This document shows, in pieces, positions 1 to 10,188 of a stretch of 64,000 nucleotides of DNA. Both the position numbers and the translations under genes were made by a program. The stretch's first letter is position 1; each line of letters starts with the position of its first letter. Under the pieces are notes generated by a model. The model saw nothing but the letters and a program-made list of their open reading frames with translations, ran no database searches and was not told the origin of the DNA. Source of the DNA: Halarcobacter sp. (GTDB lineage Bacteria > Campylobacterota > Campylobacteria > Campylobacterales > Arcobacteraceae); NCBI GenBank assembly GCA_963676565.1, contig OY781089.1:1472001-1536000 (forward strand), written 5' to 3'.

Positions 1-1257
1 GTATCAGCCCATAGAATCAAAGATAAAAATCTAAAAGGTATTCCAGTTGCAGTTGGAGGAAGAAGCAACTTAAATATCTTTTCAGATAAAAAAGAGATTC
101 GAAAAATAAGTGAAAATAGTGGTGCCTTTGTAAGTACCATCTTAACAAATGAGGGTGAAAAAACCTTTAATGACTATTTTGTAGATAAAGATGGAAGAAT
201 TAGAGGCATTATAACAACTTGCTCATATGAAGCAAGGGGATATGGTATTAAAACTGCCATGAGTGTAAATGAAGCTTTAAGATTATGCCCACATCTAAAA
301 ATGGTTCCTCCAAACTACCCTTTATATCACGAACTCTCCCATAAAATGCTACTTATCTTAAAAGAAGAAATACCTTTAGTTGAACAGTTTTCCATAGATG
401 AATTTTTTGGCGATTTAAGGGGATATATAAGTAAAGATGAGATTGTAGATTTTGCTACAAAAATAAAAAAAAGAATAAAAAATGAATTAGATTTACCTGT
501 ATCAATAGGAATAGCCCATTCTAAATATCTTTCAAAACTTATGACAGAATTTGCAAAACCTGATGGAGTGAAATATGTTTCTAAAGAGCATATGAAAAGT
601 TTTATAAAAGATATTCCCATTGAAGAGTTTCCTGGAATAGGGAAGGGATATCAAAAAAGACTTAAAGGTTATGGGATAAAAACTTTAGGGGATATTGAAA
701 GAAGAAAAGCATTGTTTTTTTCTTGGAAAAAACCTGGAATTGAACTTTACAATAGAATTGTTGGTGAAAACGATACTAATATTGTTGAACATAGGGATAA
801 AAAATCTATTGGTATTGGAAGAACTTTTGATTGTATTTATGAAAGGGAAGAGTTAAAAAGAAGAGTTATGATTCTCAGTCGTTATCTTTGCTTTTTGGTT
901 AAAAAAGCTGATGTAAATCCACAAACATATCATATAAAAATAAAATATGATTCAAATATAAAATCAAAAGATTATGTAAATGTTAATAGAATATTTAATG
1001 AAACTGATTTTAAAAAAGCTATGGTTGAACTTTTTAAAAAAAACGATATACATATGAGTCATGGGGTTGTACAATTAAACCTTACTGTTTCAAATTTTGC
1101 AGATAAAAATAGTTTTGTTTCCGATATTTTTGAATATGAATCAGATATTAAAAAAAGAAAGCTAACACAAAGTTTGCAAACCCTGAGGGAAAAGTATGGA
1201 GTTGATATTATAAAGAACTTTAGCGAGCTTCAAAGTAAAGATAAAAATAACCATTAA
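1..1257 (+). CDS. dinB: DNA polymerase IV (Y-family), 5'-truncated by the window edge
   Basis: Frame is open from base 1 (VSAHRIKD..PVAVGG..TCSYEARGYGIKTAM); SIDE catalytic motif; SIGIA..K.LSK; PGIG helix-hairpin-helix. The ORF-track start at 259 is internal. Confidence 0.93.
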   Translation, partial: VSAHRIKDKNLKGIPVAVGGRSNLNIFSDKKEIRKISENSGAFVSTILTNEGEKTFNDYFVDKDGRIRGIITTCSYEARGYGIKTAMSVNEALRLCPHLKMVPPNYPLYHELSHKMLLILKEEIPLVEQFSIDEFFGDLRGYISKDEIVDFATKIKKRIKNELDLPVSIGIAHSKYLSKLMTEFAKPDGVKYVSKEHMKSFIKDIPIEEFPGIGKGYQKRLKGYGIKTLGDIERRKALFFSWKKPGIELYNRIVGENDTNIVEHRDKKSIGIGRTFDCIYEREELKRRVMILSRYLCFLVKKADVNPQTYHIKIKYDSNIKSKDYVNVNRIFNETDFKKAMVELFKKNDIHMSHGVVQLNLTVSNFADKNSFVSDIFEYESDIKKRKLTQSLQTLREKYGVDIIKNFSELQSKDKNNH

Positions 1258-1301
1258 TCTAAAGATGATATAATACTCCAAATTTTAATTTTGGAATAAA
1301 A

Positions 1302-1583
1302 ATGGGTTTAAAAAATAGAATTAAACAAAATACAACTAAGTTATTTGATTATCCTTCTTTAAAAGGGAAAGAATTAAAAGCAGCAGTTAAAAATAAGATA
1401 AGAGAAAAAGCTATATTAAGAACTAAAGCAAGACTTGCAGAACACCATAAAACTTTTGATGATTATACAGATGAAGAGCTTGAGATAATAATTGTTGATG
1501 AAGAGAATAAATTAAAAGATGATTTAAAAACAAAAAGTTTAATTGGTGCCTTGGCTATTTTAGGTTTAGATTTTTTTATATAA
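1302..1583 (+). CDS. hypothetical protein, 93 aa, hydrophobic C-terminal tail
   Basis: ORF with upstream TATAAT; no recognisable family. Confidence 0.7.
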   Translation: MGLKNRIKQNTTKLFDYPSLKGKELKAAVKNKIREKAILRTKARLAEHHKTFDDYTDEELEIIIVDEENKLKDDLKTKSLIGALAILGLDFFI

Positions 1584-1592
1584 GAATAGAAT

Positions 1593-1997
1593 ATGTTTAA
1601 ACAAATAAAATCAGCGCTATTTTGGTATTACTTATATAAGTTTAGAAGAAAAGTTATATTTATTGCATTTTTATGGATAATTGCAATTTCTGCAAATGCA
1701 ATATACTCTGATGTTGTAGAATACTTGACTTTAAAAGAAAAATTAGAGTTTTTAGAGATGGCATTAATCTCAAAATGGATAATAATAATTTTTAGTATTT
1801 TGGCTTCAATTTATTTAATTGTTTCGATTTTTAGTATCTTTAAACCTAAAGAAGAGAAGTTTAAAAAACAAGAGAATCAGAAAAATAATGATATACTTTC
1901 AGCCAAAGAAAGCAAAAATTCTAAATTTTCTAAAAGAGAAGAGGAGTTTTTAAAAAAAGATTTAAAAAGTAAAGCAGATTTACTTGTTGAAAGATAG
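1593..1997 (+). CDS. hypothetical membrane protein (2 TM)
   Basis: Two hydrophobic segments and a charged tail; operon-like spacing. Confidence 0.7.
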   Translation: MFKQIKSALFWYYLYKFRRKVIFIAFLWIIAISANAIYSDVVEYLTLKEKLEFLEMALISKWIIIIFSILASIYLIVSIFSIFKPKEEKFKKQENQKNNDILSAKESKNSKFSKREEEFLKKDLKSKADLLVER

Positions 1998-2000
1998 TTA

Positions 2001-3557
2001 ATGTCAAACGATTTTGAAAATTTAAATACGATTATAAAAGAACAAAAAAGTGTAATAGATAATCTAGGTAGACACTATAATAATTTATTTGAAGGTTCAA
2101 AATTAGGTATTGCTTATCTTAACAAAAAAGGTGGCTTTATAGATGTAAATGAAAGATTTTGCAAAATTTTTAAGTATGAAAAAAACGAACTATTAAATTT
2201 AAGTTTTCAAGAAGTAACCCACAAAGATGATAGGTTTTATGATATTGAAACAATTAATTCCTTATCAATTACAAACTTTGAAAAAAAATGTGTAAGAAAA
2301 GATTCTAAACTCATATGGATAGAGATTTTTATAAACCACATAAGTGATAAAAATGGAGAGTATTTATACTCCCTTGTCTTTATAAATGACATATCTAAAA
2401 GAAAAAAAATACAAGATACAATTTTAGAACAAACAAAAACAATGCAATTATATTTAGATATTGTTGATGTTATTATAGTAGCCCTTGATATAAATGGTCA
2501 TGTAACTTTAGTAAATAGAAAAGCTTGTGAGATATTAGGCTTTGAAGAGTATGAAATTATTGGTAGGAACTGGTTTAAAAACTTTTTATTTGAAGAGGAT
2601 AGTCTAGGTGTTCTTGGACATTTTAAAAATCTTTGTAGTAAATCAAGAGAATTTGAAGATAAGTATACTAATAGAATTAAATGTAAAACAGAAGAAAGAA
2701 CAATATCTTGGCGAAATAAAATATTATTAGATAGTGATAAAAAAGTTATAGGGATGCTTTCTTCAGGAGAAGATATTACGGATATCTTAAGATTAGAACA
2801 AGAGAATAAAAGAACAGAAGAAGCTTTATATAATCAATCAAAACTAGCTTCAATGGGTGAAATGATAAGAAATATTGCCCATCAATGGAGACAACCACTA
2901 AGCACAATCTCAACAGCAGCCTCAGGCCTAAAAATTCAAAAAGAATTAAGTGTTTTAAAGGATGAGGATTTAACAAACTCATTGGGCGTGATTATTGATA
3001 CAACAAAATACCTTTCACAAACAATTGATGATTTTCAAAACTTTTTTAAAATAGATAAAAATAGTTCTATTTTTGATTTATATGAGTTTACTAGTAGAAT
3101 TAACAATCTAATCACAAGTAGTTATAAATCAAATAATATAGAACTAAAAATTGGAATTAAAAGTAAAAGAAATTTTACAGGCCCTTATAATGAAATCTTG
3201 CAGACAACTCTAAATATTTTGAACAATGCAAAGGACGCTTTTAATGATAAGCCTTTTGATGAAAAAATTGTTGAATTAATAGTGGATATAACAAAAGAAA
3301 ATAATTTAGAAATTCAGATAAGAGACAATGCAGGGGGAGTCCCTGATGATATTATAAATAGAATATTTGAACCGTATTTTACAACAAAACATGAATCATT
3401 GGGAACAGGAATAGGGCTTTATATGGTAAAAGATATTGTAGAAAATAGGTTAAATGGAAAAGTAGAGTTTAAAAATGACCTTTTAGAGTTTAATAATATA
3501 ACAAGAAAAGGAGCTTTTTTTAAGCTCACTATCCCAAGTACTTTATTTGGTGATTAA
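2001..3557 (+). CDS. cytoplasmic PAS-PAS sensor histidine kinase
   Basis: Two PAS domains; H-box IAHQWRQPL; NNAKDA, DNAGG and GTGIGL boxes. Confidence 0.92.
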   Translation: MSNDFENLNTIIKEQKSVIDNLGRHYNNLFEGSKLGIAYLNKKGGFIDVNERFCKIFKYEKNELLNLSFQEVTHKDDRFYDIETINSLSITNFEKKCVRKDSKLIWIEIFINHISDKNGEYLYSLVFINDISKRKKIQDTILEQTKTMQLYLDIVDVIIVALDINGHVTLVNRKACEILGFEEYEIIGRNWFKNFLFEEDSLGVLGHFKNLCSKSREFEDKYTNRIKCKTEERTISWRNKILLDSDKKVIGMLSSGEDITDILRLEQENKRTEEALYNQSKLASMGEMIRNIAHQWRQPLSTISTAASGLKIQKELSVLKDEDLTNSLGVIIDTTKYLSQTIDDFQNFFKIDKNSSIFDLYEFTSRINNLITSSYKSNNIELKIGIKSKRNFTGPYNEILQTTLNILNNAKDAFNDKPFDEKIVELIVDITKENNLEIQIRDNAGGVPDDIINRIFEPYFTTKHESLGTGIGLYMVKDIVENRLNGKVEFKNDLLEFNNITRKGAFFKLTIPSTLFGD

Positions 3558-3565
3558 AGTACTTT

Positions 3566-6115
3566 TTAGTTTCCTTTTCTTTTTTTAAATTCTAAATCAC
3601 AGTTAAACTCTTTTATATCATCTAATAAAGTAAATACTTTTTGTACATGTTTTTCAAGATTTTCTGTTACAGAAATAATTTCATCATTTTCGCTCTCATC
3701 TGCATATAAATCAACTACATCTTTTATCTTTTGATGAACTAAGACATGTTCCTCTTTCATTTTTTTCCATGCTTCACATTGAGCGAATTCTGAATTTTCA
3801 TTCTCAATTATCCATTTACCCATATCACATTCTGTATGTGATTTAACAGCAAACTTATCTCCTGCTTTACAACATGAGAAGTTATGAGCTTTGAAGTTAA
3901 TATGGTCAGTTTTTAATTTATTTAAATCAAAAATCATATTTGCATTACAAACTCTTCTTTTTGCTTCAGGGCTAAAAGTTGTTCTATCAACTGCACTTTG
4001 AAGTTGAAGAGCAAGATCTTTTGTGTGTTTTGCAATATCACTTAAATTTGTAGCTTCAAGGGCATTTTTTTGTGTCTCTCTATCTAGTGAGTTAATAGTA
4101 TCATTAATTTGAATCATTGCATGTTGTTGCTCTTTTGAAGCATTTGTAACATCTTCAATAATCTCCATTGTCATAGCAATATCATCATCAAGACCTTTAA
4201 ACCCTTCAATCATTTGATCCGCAACTTCTTTACCAGCTTTTGCTTTAACTGTTGCACTTTCAACTAATTCTTTAATCTCTTTTGCTGCATCAGCACTTCT
4301 TGCTGCTAGATTTCTAACTTCTTGAGCAACTACTGCAAAACCTTTACCCGCTTCTCCCGCAGTTGCAGCTTCAACTGCAGCGTTAAGTGAAAGAATATTT
4401 GTTTGGAAAGCGATTTGGTCAATTATTGTAATTGCTTCATTAATAGTATTAACCTCTGTACTTAATTCATCCATTGATTTTGTTGTTTGGTTTGCAAGGG
4501 CAACACCTGTTTTAGATGAATCAGAAACACTTTTTGCAAATTTAGCCATTTTTACTGCATTTTCATTGTTTGATTCAATAGTTGAAGTAACCTCTTGTAC
4601 TGCTGCAGCTGTTTGCTCTAATGCTGCTGCTTGTTCATTTGCAGAGATACTTAAACCATTTGCAGATTCTGCCATATCTTGTGCTTGGAAAGTAAGTCTT
4701 TTATTGGCATTATCAATTAAAGCTAAAACTTCATTTGATGTTGATTGAACAACCCTTGTCCCATCAAGTAATACTGCAACTAAACCTGTAACTCCTTCTA
4801 GTCTTGGAATTTCAGTGTCATATTTTGCATTTGAAAGTTCATTTAATACTTTTGAGATTGATTGCATGTTTTTTTGTGATACTTCAATCATACTATTAAT
4901 TGAACTAATTAGTGTATTAACTGCTTCTGAACTTCCTTTAATGTTAATTCTGTCATTAAATAAACCAACACTAACTTTACCCATAACTTTTCTTGCTTGA
5001 ATAATCGCTTTTTCATCAAGGATTTTTCCTTCTTGAATTTTGTCAATGTAGGTATTAAAGTTTGTAGAGATTCTACCAATCTCATCATTTGTATTGATAT
5101 TAACTTTTGTTTCAGAGTTTGAATCTAATAATCCAGCAACACCAATATCAAGTTTTTGGATATTAGACAATATCCCTTTAATAATAAATGCTAAGAACAC
5201 AACTGCTATAAAGAAAACAACTCCAAGGATAAATAAAATATTTCCAGCCATATCAATTGTTTTAATATCTTCTTTGATACTAATGTTCATTAATTTTTCG
5301 ATATTATTTACCGCTTTAATGGTATGTTCTTCTATAATTTCATTCTTTTTATCTACAATTTCCATATTTTTTCTAGTAAGTTCAATTTGAGAATGGAATA
5401 TTTCACCTTTAGAAGCCATTTGTTTACCAGTACTAATCATATTAGTAATATTGTTTGAAAGCTTATCAATTTTAGATTTTAGTTGTGGAAAAGCATTTGA
5501 AATTTCAGCAAAGATTGTAGATGTTTTCTTTTGTAGTTCATCAACTTCACTAAATCCACTTGTATCTCCAACAGCTAAAGCATCAGTTAAAATCTCTTGA
5601 ATAGATACAATATAATATTTTAGTTCAAAAATATTAGCTAAATTAAGTTCTTCCAATGAATTTTCAATATCCTGCACAGATTTATCGAAACTTGTCATTT
5701 GTGTTTCAGAATCTTCTCTAGATTTTACTCTAGTTATACCTGCTTTTGCCATGTTTAAAAGTGCATTTGAGTATTCTTCAAAATTTACATCTATTGTTTG
5801 AAGATGTTTTTTATTCTCTTCACTAATTTTAAATTTAGAAATTTCAATACGTTGTTTTTTATAATCCTCAACTATATTGTTTATCTCTTTAATTCCTTCT
5901 TCATCACCCATTAATGCAATATCAGTTGAAATTTCTTGTAACTGTTTAATCTTATATTGTAAGTGTAGAAAAGATTTTGTTAGATTAGCTTCTTCAATTA
6001 GATGTTCATTTGCTTTTTTAATTTTATTTAGTGAAATAAAAATTCCCGCACCATTTAAAATCAATAGTCCAACAAATGAAATTACTAAGAAAAGGGACTT
6101 GTTTTTTATGCTCAT
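3566..6115 (-). CDS. methyl-accepting chemotaxis protein with C-terminal CZB zinc-binding domain
   Basis: 2 [36 protein letters not shown] signalling tip; C-terminal [15 protein letters not shown]. Confidence 0.92.
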   Translation of the reverse strand: MSIKNKSLFLVISFVGLLILNGAGIFISLNKIKKANEHLIEEANLTKSFLHLQYKIKQLQEISTDIALMGDEEGIKEINNIVEDYKKQRIEISKFKISEENKKHLQTIDVNFEEYSNALLNMAKAGITRVKSREDSETQMTSFDKSVQDIENSLEELNLANIFELKYYIVSIQEILTDALAVGDTSGFSEVDELQKKTSTIFAEISNAFPQLKSKIDKLSNNITNMISTGKQMASKGEIFHSQIELTRKNMEIVDKKNEIIEEHTIKAVNNIEKLMNISIKEDIKTIDMAGNILFILGVVFFIAVVFLAFIIKGILSNIQKLDIGVAGLLDSNSETKVNINTNDEIGRISTNFNTYIDKIQEGKILDEKAIIQARKVMGKVSVGLFNDRINIKGSSEAVNTLISSINSMIEVSQKNMQSISKVLNELSNAKYDTEIPRLEGVTGLVAVLLDGTRVVQSTSNEVLALIDNANKRLTFQAQDMAESANGLSISANEQAAALEQTAAAVQEVTSTIESNNENAVKMAKFAKSVSDSSKTGVALANQTTKSMDELSTEVNTINEAITIIDQIAFQTNILSLNAAVEAATAGEAGKGFAVVAQEVRNLAARSADAAKEIKELVESATVKAKAGKEVADQMIEGFKGLDDDIAMTMEIIEDVTNASKEQQHAMIQINDTINSLDRETQKNALEATNLSDIAKHTKDLALQLQSAVDRTTFSPEAKRRVCNANMIFDLNKLKTDHINFKAHNFSCCKAGDKFAVKSHTECDMGKWIIENENSEFAQCEAWKKMKEEHVLVHQKIKDVVDLYADESENDEIISVTENLEKHVQKVFTLLDDIKEFNCDLEFKKRKGN

Positions 6116-6261
6116 GCACCGCCTTTGATTAATTTTTTTTATAAGAAAAAAATATTATAACCAAAAAAATAAAATAATTTTTTTAAAATCTCATTATTTT
6201 GAAAAAATTATTAATTAAGTTTCAAATTATATTAAAAAAAGTAACAAAGGCTATATTCATG

Positions 6262-8139
6262 CTATTTTCTAAGGTGTAATGTTTGTGTTGGATATGCAAA
6301 GTCACAATTATTTTTTTCAAATAATTGATGAATTTTTACAATCACATCCTCTTTTACAGCTAACCAATCTTCCCAGTCTGGACTTCTGGTAAAACAATAA
6401 ACCATAATATTTATAGAACTAGCTCCATATTCATCAACATATACCATAAGGTTTCTTTTTACACCATTTAAATCATCCCTAGATATACCTTCAAATCTTT
6501 TACTTTTTCTTACAATATGTTCTTTTTCTGTTGCAATACCTGGGTGGTTTGTAAGCATTTCATAAATATCATGTTTTAAATTTACTATATCTTCAATTTT
6601 ATTTTCATAGGTAGCCCCCAAAGTCATTTTTATTCTTCTACCAATTTTTCTTTTAGTATAGTTTTTAATATGGGCATTTGCTATTTCTGAATTTGGAACT
6701 GTAATCATTGCATTATCAAAGGTTCTTATTCTTGTAGTTCTCATTCTTATATCAACAACTGTCCCTTCAATATCATTTACAACTATCCAATCTCCTTGAG
6801 AAAAAGAGTTATCAATCATAATACTAAGGGAACCAAAGAAATTAGCTAAGGTATCTTTAGATGCTAAAGCAATAGCAATACCCCCAACTCCAAGTGAGGC
6901 TGCAATAGCTTTTATATCAATTCCCAACTGAGTAAATAAAAATAAAATCACAAGTAAAATCAAGATGATTTTTATAATTCTCATTATAAAAACAATCATT
7001 TCACGTCTTACATTTGGGTGGGTTTCAACTAAATGTTGAGCATAGTTACTAATACTATTTGTAAGAAGTGAATAAACTGCCCAAGTTGCAATACCTAAAT
7101 AAAAAGTGTTTAACCATGGGATTATTTTGTTTAAAACTTCAGGATCTTTTATAAGAATATATATTGAAATATGAATTGATAAAGTATATAAAGCTATAAG
7201 TAAAGGTTTTTCAATAGATTCTTCTAAGTATGTTTCTAATCCAAGACTCTCATCATCATCTGCATCTTCATCATCCTCATTATCATCTTTTTTATTTTTT
7301 CTACTTTTGACAATTATATAATTTATAATAGTAATTAATATATGAATAATTTTTGCAATAAATAATTTAAATATTAGTAATATTGCTAACACAATAACAA
7401 TATCACCAATAGAAACTTTAAAATAATAAGAACTAAAATCTGTAATTGTAGATATTACAGGGTATGAGTCTATTATTGAACTTAAATATTGAAGGTTGAA
7501 TTTATCAACAAAAAAGTTTGAAACTCTAATTGACGATAGGTTTTCTTTTAGAAAATTTAGTGTAAAAAGTTGCTGTGCACTTTGTTCTTGTAGTTTAAAA
7601 TAGTTTTTAATTAGTTCATTTGAGATATAGTTATTACTATCTTTTTCACTCTCATAATATGTTTTAAATTTATCAGCTGAATTTTGTTTTAGAAGGTCAA
7701 TATTGTTGTTTAAAACGTTAATAAAATATTCTCTTTCCTTAAAAAGTTTTTTTGCATTTGTTAATTCTTTTAAAGTGTTGTAAAAAAATCGTTCCTCTTT
7801 TATTTTTAAAACAGCAATCATATCTCTTATCATGGCAAGTTCATTATTTGCACTTTGGTTTGCATTGATTTTTGTTTCAAGGTAGTTTATTTGTGATGAA
7901 TAATTTATTTCATTAAAATTTGAACTTAAATAAAACTCATCATTTATATTTTTTAAAACATTTTTAGCAAATTCAATTTGCTCATTGAGTTTTTCTTCTC
8001 CACTATCTAATGGCTCTGAAATATTTTTAGTATTTTCAATATTACTATTTTCAGGTGCTTGTGCAGTATTTGTATTTTCTTGAGAAAACATAAATAAAGG
8101 TAATAAAAGAAGTAAAAATAGTATTTGTCTAGTTTTCAT
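6262..8139 (-). CDS. MscS-family mechanosensitive channel with N-terminal extension
   Basis: ASLGVGGIAIALASKDTLANF; GDWI..EGTVVDI..RTTRIRT; FAYPTQTL. Confidence 0.9.
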   Translation of the reverse strand: MKTRQILFLLLLLPLFMFSQENTNTAQAPENSNIENTKNISEPLDSGEEKLNEQIEFAKNVLKNINDEFYLSSNFNEINYSSQINYLETKINANQSANNELAMIRDMIAVLKIKEERFFYNTLKELTNAKKLFKEREYFINVLNNNIDLLKQNSADKFKTYYESEKDSNNYISNELIKNYFKLQEQSAQQLFTLNFLKENLSSIRVSNFFVDKFNLQYLSSIIDSYPVISTITDFSSYYFKVSIGDIVIVLAILLIFKLFIAKIIHILITIINYIIVKSRKNKKDDNEDDEDADDDESLGLETYLEESIEKPLLIALYTLSIHISIYILIKDPEVLNKIIPWLNTFYLGIATWAVYSLLTNSISNYAQHLVETHPNVRREMIVFIMRIIKIILILLVILFLFTQLGIDIKAIAASLGVGGIAIALASKDTLANFFGSLSIMIDNSFSQGDWIVVNDIEGTVVDIRMRTTRIRTFDNAMITVPNSEIANAHIKNYTKRKIGRRIKMTLGATYENKIEDIVNLKHDIYEMLTNHPGIATEKEHIVRKSKRFEGISRDDLNGVKRNLMVYVDEYGASSINIMVYCFTRSPDWEDWLAVKEDVIVKIHQLFEKNNCDFAYPTQTLHLRK

Positions 8140-8195
8140 AATCTCTCCAATTTAAAAACGACATTATATAAAAAATGAACTTATTTGTAGTTTTA

Positions 8196-8210
8196 TGATA
8201 ATAGTTATCA
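8196..8210. promoter_or_regulatory. candidate Fur box (TGATAATAGTTATCA)
   Basis: Near-perfect 7-1-7 TGATAATnATTATCA upstream of the flavodoxin operon. Confidence 0.75.
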
Positions 8211-8247
8211 AAATTAGCAAACTTTAAGTTAATTTACTTTAATATAC

Positions 8248-8262
8248 TGATATTCATTATCA
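8248..8262. promoter_or_regulatory. candidate Fur box (TGATATTCATTATCA)
   Basis: 7-1-7 match immediately before the AAGGAG SD of 8276. Confidence 0.75.
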
Positions 8263-8275
8263 TTAAGGAGCATTT

Positions 8276-8578
8276 ATGTCAGTTTTAATAATTGGTGGGG
8301 ATAAGATTAATACGATTAAAAATATATTAGATAGTTTAGGAAATTTTTCTGTTACTCATTGGGATACAAGAAAAAAATCAAGCGCGTGTAAAAAAGAGAT
8401 TCCACATGATTCTGATTTTGTATTGATGATTACAGATTTTATTAATCACAATGCTATGTATAAATACAAAAATGAAGCAAAAAAGAAAAACATCCCTTTA
8501 ATTTGTACTAAAAGAAGTGCAAGTTCAGTTCACTGTGAAGTTTGCAAATTTTTAAAAATGAATAAATGTGAAGGATAA
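8276..8578 (+). CDS. DUF2325-family protein
   Basis: SVLIIGGD..TDFINHN..K..AKK..IP..C.KRS pattern; AAGGAG SD. Confidence 0.8.
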   Translation: MSVLIIGGDKINTIKNILDSLGNFSVTHWDTRKKSSACKKEIPHDSDFVLMITDFINHNAMYKYKNEAKKKNIPLICTKRSASSVHCEVCKFLKMNKCEG

Positions 8579-8785
8579 GTGATGAGTGAAATAATAATTA
8601 ATGAAATTAATAGATTTAAAAGCTATAGATATGAACCAAGTACAAAAAGGGTTGTTAATCTAAAAGGGTGTGAAAATGCTGATTTAGAAGAGTTTCTAGC
8701 GATAGCACATATTTTAGATAGTAACTATATCAAATACAAATTTACAACAAATATAGATATTAGAATTCTAGATAGAAGAATATAA
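8579..8785 (+). CDS. hypothetical protein, ~67 aa
   Basis: Abuts the upstream stop, AAGGA SD; start is GTG 8579 or ATG 8582. Confidence 0.65.
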   Translation: MMSEIIINEINRFKSYRYEPSTKRVVNLKGCENADLEEFLAIAHILDSNYIKYKFTTNIDIRILDRRI

Positions 8786-8796
8786 AAGGAAATAAA

Positions 8797-9558
8797 ATGA
8801 AATATTTTGGTTTTTCAAGTGAAAATGAATACTTACCATCTTTTGATAAGTTTCAAAGTGAAATAAATAAAAGACTTATGTTTTTAAAATTTTTTAATCA
8901 AGAGGTTGATAAAAATTTTAGATTTTCAAAGAATGAGATGAAAGAGTGTAAGAAAAATACACTTTTCGAACTTTTTTTAAAAAAGATTATAAAAAATTTA
9001 AAATATAATGCTTATTCATTTTCACCAATAAAAAAAATAGATGTTGAAAAAACAAATAAGATAAATAAATTCGTAAAAGGTTTAAATCAAGAGCTAAAAT
9101 TTGAGTTCAAAAATTTTGATATAAAAAACTCATTGGAGTTTACAGACATAAATAAAGCATATTTTTTGATTAATATTTTAGAGAATAAAGATTTCTCCTT
9201 ATTTTTAGAGGGTGAAAAAATATTTAAAAACTTTGTTAGCAATAAAATTTTAAATGGTGGTGAAAATAGGGAGGTTTATATCAATGATGATTCTATTGAT
9301 ATTAAATCTGAACTTCACAATTTTAGTACTAAAATTTTTACATTTTGGGAATTTATTGATGCTAAAAATTTAAATATAGATTCACATATCAAAAAAGCAG
9401 TTGAGTGTATTGAAACTACAGAGTTTAAGCAAGTTTATTTGGTATATCCTAAAAATGAAAATTTTAATAAACATATACAAGTAAAAACAAATGATGTAAC
9501 TTGTGGTGAATATGAGATTAAGTTAATTCCATATTCATTACGTTCAACATTAAGATAA
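8797..9558 (+). CDS. hypothetical protein with degenerate McrC-like features
   Basis: FSLFLEGEKIFKNFV, IDAK and VYLVYP resemble McrC blocks; assignment by eye only. Confidence 0.5.
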   Translation: MKYFGFSSENEYLPSFDKFQSEINKRLMFLKFFNQEVDKNFRFSKNEMKECKKNTLFELFLKKIIKNLKYNAYSFSPIKKIDVEKTNKINKFVKGLNQELKFEFKNFDIKNSLEFTDINKAYFLINILENKDFSLFLEGEKIFKNFVSNKILNGGENREVYINDDSIDIKSELHNFSTKIFTFWEFIDAKNLNIDSHIKKAVECIETTEFKQVYLVYPKNENFNKHIQVKTNDVTCGEYEIKLIPYSLRSTLR

Positions 9559-9586
9559 ATTTAGAATAAAAAAGGATTAATATATT

Positions 9587-10078
9587 ATGAAAGCAATTTT
9601 CTTTGCAACAAGTACTGGAAATACTGAAGAAGTAGCAAATAAAATACATGAGAAGTTAGATGGATTTGAGATTGTAGATATATCAAAAGATGGAATATCT
9701 AAATTAAATGATTGTGAAGTGGCAATTATTGGAACTCCAACATGGGGAGATGGGGAACTTCAAGATGATTGGGAAGATTGTTTTGATGAATTTAAAGAAA
9801 TAGATTTTAGTGGAAAAACAGTTGCCTTATTTGGTTTAGGAGATCAAGACTCTTATGGAGATGAGTTTGCAAATGCTTTAGGAACAATCTATGAAGTTGT
9901 ATCAACTAAAGGTGCAAATATTATTGGATTTACTTCTATTGAAACTTATGATTTTGAAGAATCAACAGCAGTTGTTGGTGAGGAGTTTGTTGGACTTGTG
10001 ATAGATGAAGATAATCAGCCTGAACTTACAGATGAACGAATTGATTCTTGGTGTGAAAACATCTCTTCATCTTTTTAA
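9587..10078 (+). CDS. fldA: long-chain flavodoxin
   Basis: TSTGNTE; GTPTWGDGELQDDW; ALFGLGDQ; FVGLVIDEDNQPELT. Confidence 0.95.
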   Translation: MKAIFFATSTGNTEEVANKIHEKLDGFEIVDISKDGISKLNDCEVAIIGTPTWGDGELQDDWEDCFDEFKEIDFSGKTVALFGLGDQDSYGDEFANALGTIYEVVSTKGANIIGFTSIETYDFEESTAVVGEEFVGLVIDEDNQPELTDERIDSWCENISSSF

Positions 10079-10119
10079 TTAAACCCGTGCCAAAATAGAA
10101 TAATTCGTGTTTTCATCAT
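10075..10119 (-). CDS. candidate 14-aa small peptide MMKTRIILFWHGFN
   Basis: AAAGGAGGT SD at 10136..10128, 8-nt spacer, ATG ATG; stop overlaps the fldA stop. Confidence 0.4.
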   Translation of the reverse strand: MMKTRIILFWHGFN

Positions 10120-10188
10120 ATTTTGGCACCTCCTTTGAATTTTTTTGATTTTTCGCTAAAATAAACGAATTTTAATTTTAGGAAAATA

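Noticed and set aside
8797..9558. Functional McrBC defence system
   Set aside because: No McrB or methylase nearby, and the putative catalytic motif is degenerate.
10124..10140. TGGCAC-N5-TTGAA as a sigma-54 promoter
   Set aside because: The -12 element lacks the conserved GC, and the hairpin arm plus reverse SD explain the sequence better.
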